The notes beneath the pieces were generated by a model. The model had not been told where the DNA came from. It ran no database searches and was given only the letters and a program-made list of their open reading frames with translations. DNA of 63,705 nucleotides, the filler included, from Licmophora abbreviata (Eukaryota): the NCBI GenBank assembly GCA_900291995.1. It is 11 parts of 11 records of this genome, joined end to end, with 100 filler letters (N's around TTAATTAATTAA, not from the genome) between each part and the next. Parts side by side here need not be neighbours in the genome. Positions count along the whole stretch, not along the records: positions 39,911 to 44,774 come from OLMU01002366.1; positions 44,875 to 56,359 come from OLMU01002367.1; 9 more parts are not named here. One strand, 5' to 3'. The position numbers and the translations under genes were made by a program. Position 1 is the first letter of the stretch. The number at the start of each line of letters is the position of its first letter. Shown here in pieces: positions 43,009-54,589 of the stretch.

Positions 43009-46000
43009 ATGACGCTACTGGAATATGCAGTCGAAAGCGGAAAGTGCACCCCAGCTTTGCTGAATGCGGGTAAAACGCAGATTGAAGATGCTTTTGAAGA
43101 AAAAGCAATCGCAGTCCGAGATCCAACCATGCCGGGTACGTTGTCGGTGTTGGTAGTGTGTCTTGACACCAGCAATCGCTGCTGTCCGTGTGGATCTCAC
43201 TTATGTATTTTCGTCGTCTGTGTCGTCCCTGCCGATCTCAGGACTCGCGCTATCGACCGAGTCGAATGTTGCAGAAGACTTTGAGGAGCTCTTAGAGGTA
43301 CGTTTGATGACACGATGATGACAGATGATTGAAGAAAGAGGCAAGTCAGCGAGAGCGAGGACGGAATACCAAGACAAACTGCGACGAAGAACTGCCCTTG
43401 AAATCAAGATCTCTCCCGACGCGACAGAGGATTCGCCTTCTTTTCGCGTCAATACCTCGCAAGATTCAAGATACCACCGACAAGATTCAAGATACCCTCG
43501 GCAATCCAAATCAGACGTGCATACTGCATCGTTGGATTCTGCCACACCGCTGAAGCCGATTCGGGCGCTCAGAAGTGCTACGCGGACGAGTCGTCTTGGC
43601 GGTTCGTAGAACTACGTGAGGTCTTACTTGGAAGTTAACATTATCCATCATGTTTTAACATGAGTTGACTGGTGAATCAATCATCAGAGTGAATGTACGA
43701 ACACTCTAGCTTGGGAGATTCTAGCTCTAGCTTTACGGACCCGCTCTAGCGCATCGATGAAGAGACGTCCGCTTCGAAGACGTGACAAACGCGATCGTTG
43801 ATGATAGCAGTCATTACAGTCACCAAGTGAATTGGTTAGACTTAGATCTGACGTAGGCGTAGCGCTTTTGGCCTTATACTCGATCGAAGGATTGAAATTA
43901 CAGTTCGACGACCGTCGGTAGTTATCTTTCGACTTCGTCTCATGTGCAAGCTCGTCTGACTTCTACGCAAGGTTAACGCCTTCGCCATGCTCGAGCCGTA
44001 CGAAGCCACCTGACTGGTGGAGGTCAATGCAAGCTAACTACCTGGTAGTCGATCGCGGTCTACGTCGTACAAGTTCAAAACGATCTGATGCTTGAGCACC
44101 GCCGGCTGCTTGTATTCCATTTCGTAAATACTTTCTGAACGCATCAAGCTCATTCACTCTTGCACTCTCATGTTTCTTATGATCGTTTGTGTCTTTAGAT
44201 GGCTGAAAGGGCCCTTCAGATTCCTGGAGATCTCGAACCACAAGTTAAGAAAGCTGTTCTTGAATATCGACGATGCGTGTTGCTGGCAATGGTCGGCTCT
44301 ACTCCATCTACTAATGCACAGTTGAAACTTATTCTATCTAATGGCCTGCTTGGCACCGTTAAGTCGTGGCTTGACGATATAGTGAACGGCACATTCGGTA
44401 CGTTTCCAGTGGCGATCCTGCCAACCGCTCGACTCCTCTCTGGTCGCTGTATTGACTTTGACCTGACAATGCGCTATCTTCTCTCCCGCCAGGTGGAATT
44501 GATCTACTCCTCCATTTGCTGACTAACATAGCACATCTTCCTGTAACTAAGTCCGTTGTGGTAGCCTCAGGTCTTGGAAAGGCTGTAGGAGCGATCGTAA
44601 AGAACAAGATATGCGTGGGAAGTCCAAATGAGGCTGCTATTCGTGAACGCGTGGAGGAGGTGAAGGACGCATGGAATGCGTCTGTAAAAGCAAACAAGGT
44701 AAGGCAGAACAAAACGCGTGGCGACCCATCGACTCTCCATCCACGCAGTCCACCGAACTCATCCCCCCCCNCCCNNNNNNNNNNNNNNNNNNNNNNNNNN
44801 NNNNNNNNNNNNNNNNNNTTAATTAATTAANNNNNNNNNNNNNNNNNNNNNNNNNNNNNNNNNNNNNNNNNNNNTCGCCAGGAAACGAGCTGTCGAGGCG
44901 GCGTTGTCAGAATCGTCGCCAAAGAAGGCGAGGACTGAAGCTGCTTCCAAGAAATCTTCGTCCTTTTCTAGTCTTCTCAATAAGGTCTCCACTTCGGCCT
45001 CGTCAAAGACGGCATCACCCGAGGCAGGCACGAAGGGCGGTACCTCCAATGGCGTGACCCACACGAAAACTGATGGGGGCGCCGCGACGAAGGCTGCAGA
45101 CGGCAAGAAAGGTGAGGATTTATTTTCGAGACGCCAGAAAGCTCGTCCTTTTGGCGTGCATAGCTCAACCAAATATCTTTCCTCTTTTCTGTCTTACAGA
45201 CGCACTTAAGAAACCAGCGAAGCGAGTAAAATGGGCTGATCACTTCGGTGGCACGCTATCCGCTGCGCGTACGATCAAACGAGACGAGTTCGAGACCGCC
45301 GCCGTGCCTGATGAATCAGATGGGAAGGTTTCATGGACTGATCGAAAGAAGAGAGACCGCTTGCGCGAGAAGGAACTGCTCGCACAAGCCAAGTAAGTCC
45401 TGATGAATCTTGCGACATGGAGAGCGTGGAGGTTGTCGCTAACATACTTTCTCCATGACTTTGTTTGTCCCACAGGAAAGCAAAACTTGTCGATAGCGAT
45501 GACGAGGATCCGTTTATCTCGAATGCGACCAGGATGAAAGCAACGACTCCTTGGCATTTACCACAGCTTCTGCCTCCAAGATCTGAAGTGACCCCTACCC
45601 AATGCGATTCTAAGGAGCTAAGTAGTCAAGCTAGTCGGATCAGCAGTGTAACACCCGCTCTCTATGCAGCGGAAGGAGATGTACCCTCAAATCCTACGCA
45701 GATGAACGATGTAGAGCAAGCTCTTGACGTTGCTGCACAGGCTGCAGCTGTGTTGGATACCATCCCTTTCTTTGTCGCACAGCAACCAGCTCCCGCCCCC
45801 GCGGCTGCTCCAGCCCCAGCCTTTGCAGCCCCCGTTCCAGTCATGGCACCACCCGTTGCCGCACCGCCTCCTAGTATGACCGGGCCTGTTCCAGCAACAG
45901 CAGAAATGGTCCAGTCTATGGGCCTTCCCCTCTTTCTCGTTGGGTCGAACATGCAGGCGCTTCAGACCCTTGCGTCCACGCCGAGCCTGCTGAGCACCTT

Positions 46001-46964
46001 TGTAGATGCTAATGGTATGTATGACCAGACCCGTCTCGTGAGTTTGGTACAGACACTCAGCCAGAGCTTCCCTGCTCCGCAGACGACCGCTGGTATTGGC
46101 TATCAGACGAGCTACGCACCAACCACCGCCTACGGCACAACGACACAAACTTATCAGCAGCCTGGGGTGCAGCCTAGTTCCTACAGCGCGTACGGCCCAG
46201 CGTCAAGTGCCACTTCTTCGTACGGGTCTACAACAGGAGGCGGCGGCGGCTTCAAGGGTCGAAGCGACGCTGGAAACCTGCACGTGAGTGGCTATGGGCC
46301 TAACACAACCCAGACAGATATTATGGCTTTATTTGCCCCCTATGTCCGGGTGAGCGAAGTCGTGATGAAGGCAACATTCTCGTTCGTCAACACAAGCGAT
46401 CCCGATGGGGCCGCGCGAGCTCGCGAGGCACTGCAAGGCGCCATGCTAGGAGGAGGTCCTATTCGCATTAATGCAGCTACACGACGAGCTCGAACCGATT
46501 CCGTCGCGCCCCCTGCACATGCTCCGTACGGTGCAGCTCCACCCGCCGCAGCTCCACCGATGGCTCGAAGCACCGCCGCTCCTCTTCCACGAGACACCAC
46601 CGGCCAGGTAGACTATGCCAACGTAAGAGACGATCGAGGCAACCCTGCTACTAAGAATCTATTTGTCGCAGGCTATGGGTCTGGAACCAGCGAACAAGAC
46701 TTGAAGACGATATTTGGACAGCATGCCGTAATAACCGGTCTCATCATGAAGGGCAGTTTTTCGTTCGTCAACACGTCCGATCGGATGGCAGCCGTTCATG
46801 CGCGAGAGGCTCTGATGGGTGCCATGCTGAATGGAGGCGCGTTGCGCATCAATTTTGCCAAAGAGACAGGTCGTCTGGGGACGTCCTTTGACCTCGGATA
46901 CCATGGGCCTAGCTCGCAATCGTCGTCATCGTCGTCGCATTACATGCGAAACCCTGTGCACTAG
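43009..46964 (+). CDS. PNUTS/PPP1R10-like protein: TFIIS N-terminal-like domain, RVxW PP1-docking motif, two RRMs; multi-exon, spans a gap
   Basis: Exons joined by introns 43136-43241, 43298-44198, 44398-44492, 45112-45199 and 45393-45475. LLHLLTNIAHLPVTKSVVVASGLGKAV...KDAW is TFIIS-N-like; KRVKWADH; RRMs NLHVSGYG..FSFVN and NLFVAGYG..FSFVN. Confidence 0.7.
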
Positions 46965-47021
46965 AGAAAAGGAAATAATACATGACGAAATAATGCAGTT
47001 GTTATACTTCTCACCACTCCT

Positions 47022-47071
47022 ATCATATGCCGTACTCTAACTGTCATCATATATGCCGTACTCTAACTGTC
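47022..47071. repeat. Short direct tandem duplication (about 24-26 bp) downstream of the PNUTS-like gene
   Basis: atatgccgtactctaactgtc occurs twice in tandem. Confidence 0.85.
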
Positions 47072-47350
47072 GTTGCTCAAAGACCAGTAGATTGCTATAG
47101 TAGTAGACTACCAGCCGGTACCTGGTAGCTCTAATAGAGTGAATCAAATGACAAAGTCACTCACCACACATTGAACATGCACACGCGACCGAAACGACGT
47201 TTGAAACGCAAGGAATCAGGAATCCTAGTGTTTTGAATACGAGAACGAACGCCCACTTCAACCACAACAAAGATCGCGGCGCGCGCAAACAATGGCGGGA
47301 AAACGGCATCGCCATTTCACTCTGTCCAAGCCTTTGTGTTTCAAGCACCA

Positions 47351-48528
47351 ATGATGGCGTCGGCAGCGGCTACTCGAGGATCCCTTGCGGTTCATCGCAC
47401 CATCGCATCCTTTCGATCTGTCCGAAAAGCTATGGATCCAGCCTTACAGGTCGGGTTTGTCCCCACGATGGGTGCCCTGCACGATGGTGCGTCGTATGTT
47501 CTAAACTGCATGAGATGCCGGCTACTCCACTCGGTGGGACAAGAGGTACTCATTGCAGTCTCTCTTCTTACATATTCACATAGGTCACTTGTCGCTGATC
47601 CGCGAGGCGCGTGCCAAGAACGACATTTTGGTTGCATCAATTTTTGTAAACCCGACTCAGTTTGGTGTCAACGAAGACTTCGGAAAGTACCCACGGCAGC
47701 TGGAACAAGATACAGAGCTCTTGATGGACATGGGAGTGGTACGAGTCCCCATCGTCGGGAGTGTGCATTACTTGTGTGACTTGTTGGCATCTCACACCTT
47801 GCTACTACTCACAACACCAGGACCATCTGTTTGCTCCGGACCGTGAGTCAATGTACGGACCACATCACGTGACTTTTGTAGATCCAGCGGTACGTGCCGG
47901 ATCTATATTTCTGTTCACGTCACTGAGTGCTGAAGCTTTTATCTCACGTAATACTAGTTGCTTGTGTCTTTTCTCACTTTCAGGGTTTCGATGACATTGC
48001 CGAGGGCAGTTCTCGCCCAGGTCACTTTCGAGGAGTCGCCACTGTAGTCACAAACTCCTTAACATTGTGAATCCGGCTCGTGCATACTTTGGTCAGAAGG
48101 ATGCAGCACAGTGTTGTCTGATTCGTAGAATTGTGGATGATCTGAACATGATGGATGTGAACATTGTGGTGTTGGATACAGTGAGGGAGTCCGATGGACT
48201 GGCCATGTCGTCGAGGAATGCGTACTTGACGGGTGCAGAGCGACGAGCGGCGCCGGTGGTGTATCGAGCCCTTTGTGTGGCCAGAGACTTGTATCATGCG
48301 AATACGAAAGCTGGGACGACCACCACACCAGCACAACTGCGACAAGCAGTGGAACGAACGTTACGGAGCGAGCCATTGGTAGCAGAGGTGCAGTATGTGA
48401 GTGTGGACCATCGAGAGACAATGAGACCTACGGATGGCAGTGTTGGGACCGATGGCGCAATCATATCTTTGGCGTGCAAGATTGGATCGGTGCGGCTCAT
48501 TGATAACATTGTCCTGAAACCATGCTAA
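47351..48528 (+). CDS. panC: Pantoate-beta-alanine ligase (pantothenate synthetase), 4 exons, apparent frameshift near 48052
   Basis: [66 protein letters not shown]. Introns 47487-47583, 47739-47820 and 47890-47983. Confidence 0.95.
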
Positions 48529-48931
48529 TATGCTGGCTACGGCGGCTCTTTCCTTGTTTTTCTAGTCGCAAGAAGGGAGTTGTCACGAGCGAGAGTCTCA
48601 AAGAAAGTATGCTATGAAACATACACTGCTTGAGAAATAGCAGCTATCTGCTTTAGACCTAGACCTTTGGCGAGTCAGCCCTTGTAGTCTTTGCTTTTTT
48701 CCGACTGCCCGCCTTGATTCATTGCCGTTTATCATAGATGCCTCCACGTGTCTGCAAATCGAAAGTATGACCCATGACCCATCATTGACGCCGACGTTGA
48801 ACATCGGATGGTCGAGGCGCGCCTCACACACAGCAGTACATTTTTTCTCACAGAACAAACACAACATCGCTGCCGGTCGCCTTGATTGTGGTCGCCGCTC
48901 TTTGTTTCTGTAATCACAGCCTTGCACCACC

Positions 48932-51160
48932 ATGCTGCGCGCTCTGAGTAAAGAATCATTGAGAAGAGCATGCTCGGCTCGATGTAGCAGGACGAGCACT
49001 GCCGTCATCGCTCATCAACAACAAACACGACGATCGATGAAGTCATCCTCTCTCGAGTCCTACTCGGACACTCCTATGACATACTCGGGGCAGCAAGAAG
49101 CAGAAGATCGGAAGGAAGTGTTTGCCTTTGATGAAAACGGAAATACAGATCAGAGTGAAGTTATTGCCTTCCCCGCGGTCGAGCGGAACAGTCCGTCGTA
49201 CAACACCACCACCAAACCGGTCTTGTTGAACGCCAAGGAACATGCTGTTGGTTATTTGAGCAGGATTCTGAACGCGAGAGTGTACGAAGCTGCCAACGAG
49301 ACAGACTTACAGCATGCAAAGAACCTGAGTGCGGTGAGTATAGAGTGGGGAACAGGGTGTTCTCCAATCACCAAATCGAGTGAAATACGTGCAAGTTCTA
49401 GCCCTCACTATGATGGTCCGCTTTTTCCGCACAACAGCACTTGAAGAATACTGTCCTGTTGAAGAGAGAGGACACTCAGCCTGTCTTTTCTTTCAAATTG
49501 AGAGGCGCATACAACAAAATGGCGCATCTGACCAAGGAGGAACTTGGCAAGGGGGTAGTGGCGTGCTCGGCAGGCAATCACGCACAGGGTGTCGCTCTGA
49601 GTGCCCGGAAATTGGGCTGTCGCGCGGTCATCGTCATGCCGCTTGCCACGCCAACAATCAAGGTCAATTCGGTCCGTGTACATGGCGGAGCGACAGTAGA
49701 AGTGAGACTGTTTGGTAACAACTACGATGAAGCGGCGACGGAAGCGAAGCGATTGGAACGAGAAGAAAGAATGTCCATGATTCATCCGTTTGATGATCCC
49801 TATGTTATTGCAGGACAAGGAACGATTGGTAGGTTGCTTTCTATACATGACCTGGCGAGAAGAAATGACGTGGCGAGCAATGTGGTTGAGATGCTCACGT
49901 GAATGCCCGCCTCATCATTGCAGGACTTGAGATTCTCAAAGAGTGTGTCAGTCGGCCGCTGGACGCCATTTTTGTGTGCTGCGGAGGCGGCGGCATGTTG
50001 GCAGGTGTGGCGTCGTACGTCAAACGCGTGCGACCAACCGTCAAGGTGATTGGCGTCGAGGCGGAAGACGCAGCGGGCATGACCACGTCCCTGCGGGAGG
50101 GTCAGGTTGTAACGCTGCCGTCCGTGGGACTCTTTGCGGACGGAGCAGCCGTCAAGACGGTTGGATCGGAAACCTTTCGTGTGTGTAACAAGCTAGTCGA
50201 TGACATGGTGACAGTGGATACCGATCAGATTTGCAACGCCATCAAATTGGCTTATAATGATGCGTACGTAGCGTGTGCACGGCATTTGATGGCGCGATCC
50301 TCTGCTTCCAGCACTCATGCGGTCCATGCTTTTTTCTCGTCACAGCCGTGTAGTACTGGAACCTGCAGGTGCATTGGGTATTGCTGGAATGAAGAAGTAC
50401 GTCAAAGAGCACGGGCTCGAGGGCAAGACGATTGTGGCGATCACGTCAGGCGCCAACATGGACTTTGACCGGCTGCGCTTTGTCGCAGAGCGCGCCGATG
50501 AGTCGGAGCGAACTTTGGCAGTGACGATTCCAGAGACACCCGGCTCGTTCCGTGCTTTGTATTCACTCATCTGGCCTCGCAATGTGACGGAGTTCTCGTA
50601 TCGGTTCGAGTCTGACGGACAGGCTCACGTATTGATCTCGTTTCAGCCTGTGATGAACATTGAGAATGATTTTGAGGGTATCATGTCCAAGCTGCGGGAG
50701 CACGACTTTGAATGTATTGATTTGAGCCACAACGAGCTGGCCAAGGTGCATGTGCGACACTTGGCAGGGGGGCGATCGATCGTTCCTCACGAACGGCTCT
50801 TTCGATTTGACTTTCCAGAGGTGCGTGTGTGTACGGCGACAAAGGGGCTCTGACGACACGTTTTCTGCTAGCTCACACGGCCTGCTCGATGAATTTTCTC
50901 TCTCTCTCTCACACACACACACTCAGTCCCCTGGCGCTCTGCAACGATTCCTCCTCTCCTTGGAGATAGACTGGAATGTCTCTTTGTTCCACTATCGAAA
51001 CCACGGAGACGACTTTGGTCGCGTTTTGGTGGGCATCCAAGTGACCGACGAGCATGACAAACATCTGGTCGGCTTTTTGGAAACGCTTGGCTACAACTAT
51101 GAGGAAGAAACGAACAATCCCGTGTACAAGACATTCTTACGAAATTCAAACGGGCATTGA
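48932..51160 (+). CDS. ilvA: Biosynthetic threonine deaminase with two ACT-like regulatory domains, 5 exons
   Basis: KREDTQPVFSFKLRGAYN (PLP lysine), SAGNHAQG, HPFDDPYVIAGQGT, GGGGM, FADGAAV, EPAG, SGANMDFDRLRFVAER, FPESPGALQRFL..WNVSLFHYRNHG. Introns about 49334-49437, 49829-49923, 50264-50345 and 50821-50926. Confidence 0.95.
50897..50922. repeat. (CT)n(CA)n compound microsatellite in the last ilvA intron
   Basis: ctctctctctctcacacacacacac is visible. Confidence 0.85.
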
Positions 51161-51575
51161 TAATGATGGAGAATTTCTGGAGTGCGAGTGACCCTTCAAC
51201 CGACGCATGTGACGATGAGGAGGCCGAGAGACCCAGGGTCGGTCGACGGACTACACGTAGTGCTTCCTGGTCCCACCTAATGTCATCCATCGGCATCCTT
51301 TATGGCAGAACTTTGAATACAATGGTGATTTTACTACTCTAGTGCCTGGACTTTGCCTTGTAGTGTCCGCGACTGACTCTAGACAAGACAACGACAGGAG
51401 AGTACCTATACTCGATTCATTCGCAGACTGACTCTTGGATTGAGTCGAAAGAGTCGAACCAACGTGTTCTCGTTCGTTGATCTCTCTTGTACGTAAAGTG
51501 ATAGCTGATGATATTGGTTCTTGACAATGGCGTTGCTGTCGAACGATCCATTCTTCTCTTCCCCCCTGTTCTTCA

Positions 51576-52913
51576 ATGAGATTCAAGCAGGAGCTGCTGG
51601 TAATGGGCGTTCTTTATGGCTTGCCAGAAGTCATCCTCACCTTCAGTCCCCACGCAGATTGTTCGATCCACAACCGCAGGCTCGTGGCAGCATCACGTGC
51701 AAGGGCGCTCCATTCGAAAACGACACCCCGAGAGGACTACGGCGATAAGGCGAATGGCCTGAACGTGTCAGACGACGAAACTTTGTTGGCGTGTCGAGCT
51801 TATTTGCAGAGAAAGAATAAACTGGGATGGCCAGAGCACGAGCGACGCAAGAGACGCGCCGGACAGGCCTTTGCCCACCGCAGCAGCGTCTTTGCGGCGG
51901 CAGGCTTCTTTTGGGAGGACCCGAGTGAACTCAAGTACATGAAAAATCGACCACCGCACCTGCAAGATCTGTTTATTGATGACACAGACGACGAGGAGGA
52001 AGAAGAATCCGATGGGAGCAGTTCTCATCAACGTGTGGTCTTTGACGAGTCCCATTCAGTGACGGACGATGAGAGACGGGCTGCTGTCTTGGAACGGGGA
52101 GGGCAGTTTACTTCGTTTCCTGCAGTACCGCCGCAAGAGCGACTGCGAAGATCACAAGCAGCCAAAAAGACTTGGTCCGATCCAGAGTGGAAGGCGAAGT
52201 GGTACGAAAAGCGATGGGGCGGAGACAAATGCAAGCAGGGGGCCCGTGAGGAGAAAGCGAGGCAGAGGAAGATCGGAGATCGAGTCAGATCGCTACCCTC
52301 GGACCTTCTCACTTCACCCGAGCTGGCGTCCCTATCCGAAGAGGAGATCGAAGATGCTATTCGCACCTATGTTGAGTCCAACCGGAAGCGATCCGAGTCG
52401 CACCGAAGAAATCGATCGAAAGCAGGTGATCGACCGGCGAAGTCGACCTCGATCGATTCTGATGCGAGGCCTCTCATTGAAGCATTTGGTTCAGAAGAAG
52501 CGCTGAAGGAAGTTCAGAGAAAACGATCTGAACGATCCTCCAGAGCTTACAAAACAAGACTCAAGAACCAGCAGGACTCTTCCACAAAACCGAGGAGACG
52601 GAAGCAACAGGCGGAACGAACGCCAACGTCTGACACGCCCCGTGACGCCGCTGCCCGGATTCAGTCCGATCTAGAACGTAATAAACTACCGTCCATGGGT
52701 GACGTGGAGATTATACTCAAGCCACGCAAGCTTGGAGGAAGAAAAGAGCTGCTAAGACGAATACTCAACGAGCATTTTGACTTGCGAGGCAAATGCATCC
52801 CTAGCGAGGACGGGGAGAAATTGCACTTCGTAACGCAATGTCCCATTGATGAGCTGGGTGGCTTCACCCTTGCGAAGATGAGGGAGAAAATGGCATCAAC
52901 ATTTGAAGTCTAG
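51576..52913 (+). CDS. Hypothetical basic protein with a probable bipartite plastid presequence
   Basis: 445-aa intronless ORF. Hydrophobic N-terminus ending ILT-FSP. Arg/Lys-rich helical segments such as RRSQAAKKTWSDPEWKAKW. Confidence 0.7.
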   Translation: MRFKQELLVMGVLYGLPEVILTFSPHADCSIHNRRLVAASRARALHSKTTPREDYGDKANGLNVSDDETLLACRAYLQRKNKLGWPEHERRKRRAGQAFAHRSSVFAAAGFFWEDPSELKYMKNRPPHLQDLFIDDTDDEEEEESDGSSSHQRVVFDESHSVTDDERRAAVLERGGQFTSFPAVPPQERLRRSQAAKKTWSDPEWKAKWYEKRWGGDKCKQGAREEKARQRKIGDRVRSLPSDLLTSPELASLSEEEIEDAIRTYVESNRKRSESHRRNRSKAGDRPAKSTSIDSDARPLIEAFGSEEALKEVQRKRSERSSRAYKTRLKNQQDSSTKPRRRKQQAERTPTSDTPRDAAARIQSDLERNKLPSMGDVEIILKPRKLGGRKELLRRILNEHFDLRGKCIPSEDGEKLHFVTQCPIDELGGFTLAKMREKMASTFEV

Positions 52914-53107
52914 CTAGAGGGTATCATTCCACCTAGCTCGTAGATTGTAAACTAGAGGAAACGTGGTGTTCTTGATGGTACAAGTTCAATGTGCTAGTAG
53001 TCACTCTTATTTGTCTCGGATGTCGTTTGTACGTGTGAAACGCCGCTTTCGTATATAAGCGATGTTGATGAGTTTATCAGTGCGTTTGTTTCTCATTCCT
53101 TGTTCCC

Positions 53108-54033
53108 CTACTGTGTCAAAGGGAGCTGCTCTTCGACGAGCATATGTTGCTCTGTCATAATTTGACGTGTCTTGTTGATTTTGTATGTCATTGCCTTTTC
53201 CCATTTGTTCCTCACCAGCTTGTAAAGGTCCATCGCTGTCTTGGCATCTTCATAGGGACTGTGCGAGACTCCAGCTTTCTGAACGTCACGCCCCAGCTTC
53301 TCCTTAGCCAGCTCCTTTAACTTGCGAGGCCAAAGGATGCCATCATTGAACCGAAGCTTCATGAATGGCTCATACTTGCCTGTGTCACGCACGGCATACC
53401 AAGGACGTTCAATATCGAGTGCATGAAGGTCATTCTTCAAGGCATGACCGACAAGGATCTTTCCCTCAATAATGGCTTCAACCTTCCTCCGACAGTCTTC
53501 CAGTTCCATCACACGCGGCGAGTCCAAGTCCTCTTCCGTGATACCCGACACAAAGGTGCGATAGTCGGTGACTGGCTCGGTCGGACGCACCAAGGTGTCC
53601 AAGATTTTCTTGCCGTTCCAGTTCACGATGCACACATGCGCCAGAGCAGAGCGATGCCCTCCATGTCCGACTCCCACCATTTCACAGTCAATGGCCAGGT
53701 ACAGATCTTTTTCCTCTTGCGGTACGTTTTTGTGAGGCTGTCGAAACTGGCGCTTGCGACGTCGGTTGGGAGTCGACGACGACGACTTGGCGCTTCCATT
53801 GGAAGTAGTCGAATGAGAATCAGAGTCGCCCTTTCTGTGGTTTCGGTGATCCCGCTTTTTTACGTGTGTCTCTGGTGTATGAGAGACAGCCTGAAGTGTC
53901 TCTGGAGCAATCTGTCATTGTCAGAATTTCAAACAAAGTGTCAGTGCTATATCTACATTTCAAACAAAATCCAGTATCTGTCTCGCTGCCAGCGAATGAG
54001 ACTTACCACTGGTTCAACTGAGGACGTCTTCAT
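53108..54033 (-). CDS. REX4: RNA exonuclease 4 (DEDDh), 2 exons (intron 53912..54006)
   Basis: YLAIDCEMVGVG, VTDYRTFVSGI, ILVGHALKNDL, RDT, HSPYEDAKTAMDLY. A short first exon MKTSSVEPV splices in frame. Confidence 0.92.
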
Positions 54034-54589
54034 GGTCGTGTAGTTTCAAAAGGTCTTTCGTTGGCTGTGCTGATGCGAACAAAGGGGTGCGGTATGCAGT
54101 TCAATTGAAATTGTGAGTTGTTGACATGGAGACAGCCATTTTCAACAGATGCGGTGGCAGTTGCATCAGAACAATGACAGCGCAATAGATTTCTGACGTT
54201 GCACACGTAGTAATGATATTTTCGTCCATTTGAATGTATACCAAACTTTAGATGTAACAAAGTATCATGATGTATTGAGAAGCCTCCCGAATGAGTTGGT
54301 GTTCGCATTGGCGTCGGTGGCAGCTTTTCTGTGTCAGTCCGTCTGTTGTCAGACATGAGGTCACACGCCTGAATTGACTCATGACTTAGCTGGCGACATG
54401 AGTCACGAGTCGCAAAACTCCCAGCGTCGCCCGGCACTTTGGTCTTCCGCCGGTCACACAACGAAGCGTGACCGCGTGAACCTTCCAGAATCCATCGGTC
54501 TTCGTGTCACAAACCTGCCGCAACTTCTTCCACACAAGATACGGAACTGAGCTGAGCAAGAGAACTTATACAATTCTTCTGTCATCACC

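Noticed and set aside
43316..43852. Box C/D snoRNA in the long intron (ATGATGA at ~43316; TGATGA...CTGA at ~43799-43851)
   Set aside because: Box spacing is atypical, I see no terminal stem and no recognisable rRNA antisense element. It needs an Infernal/snoscan test.
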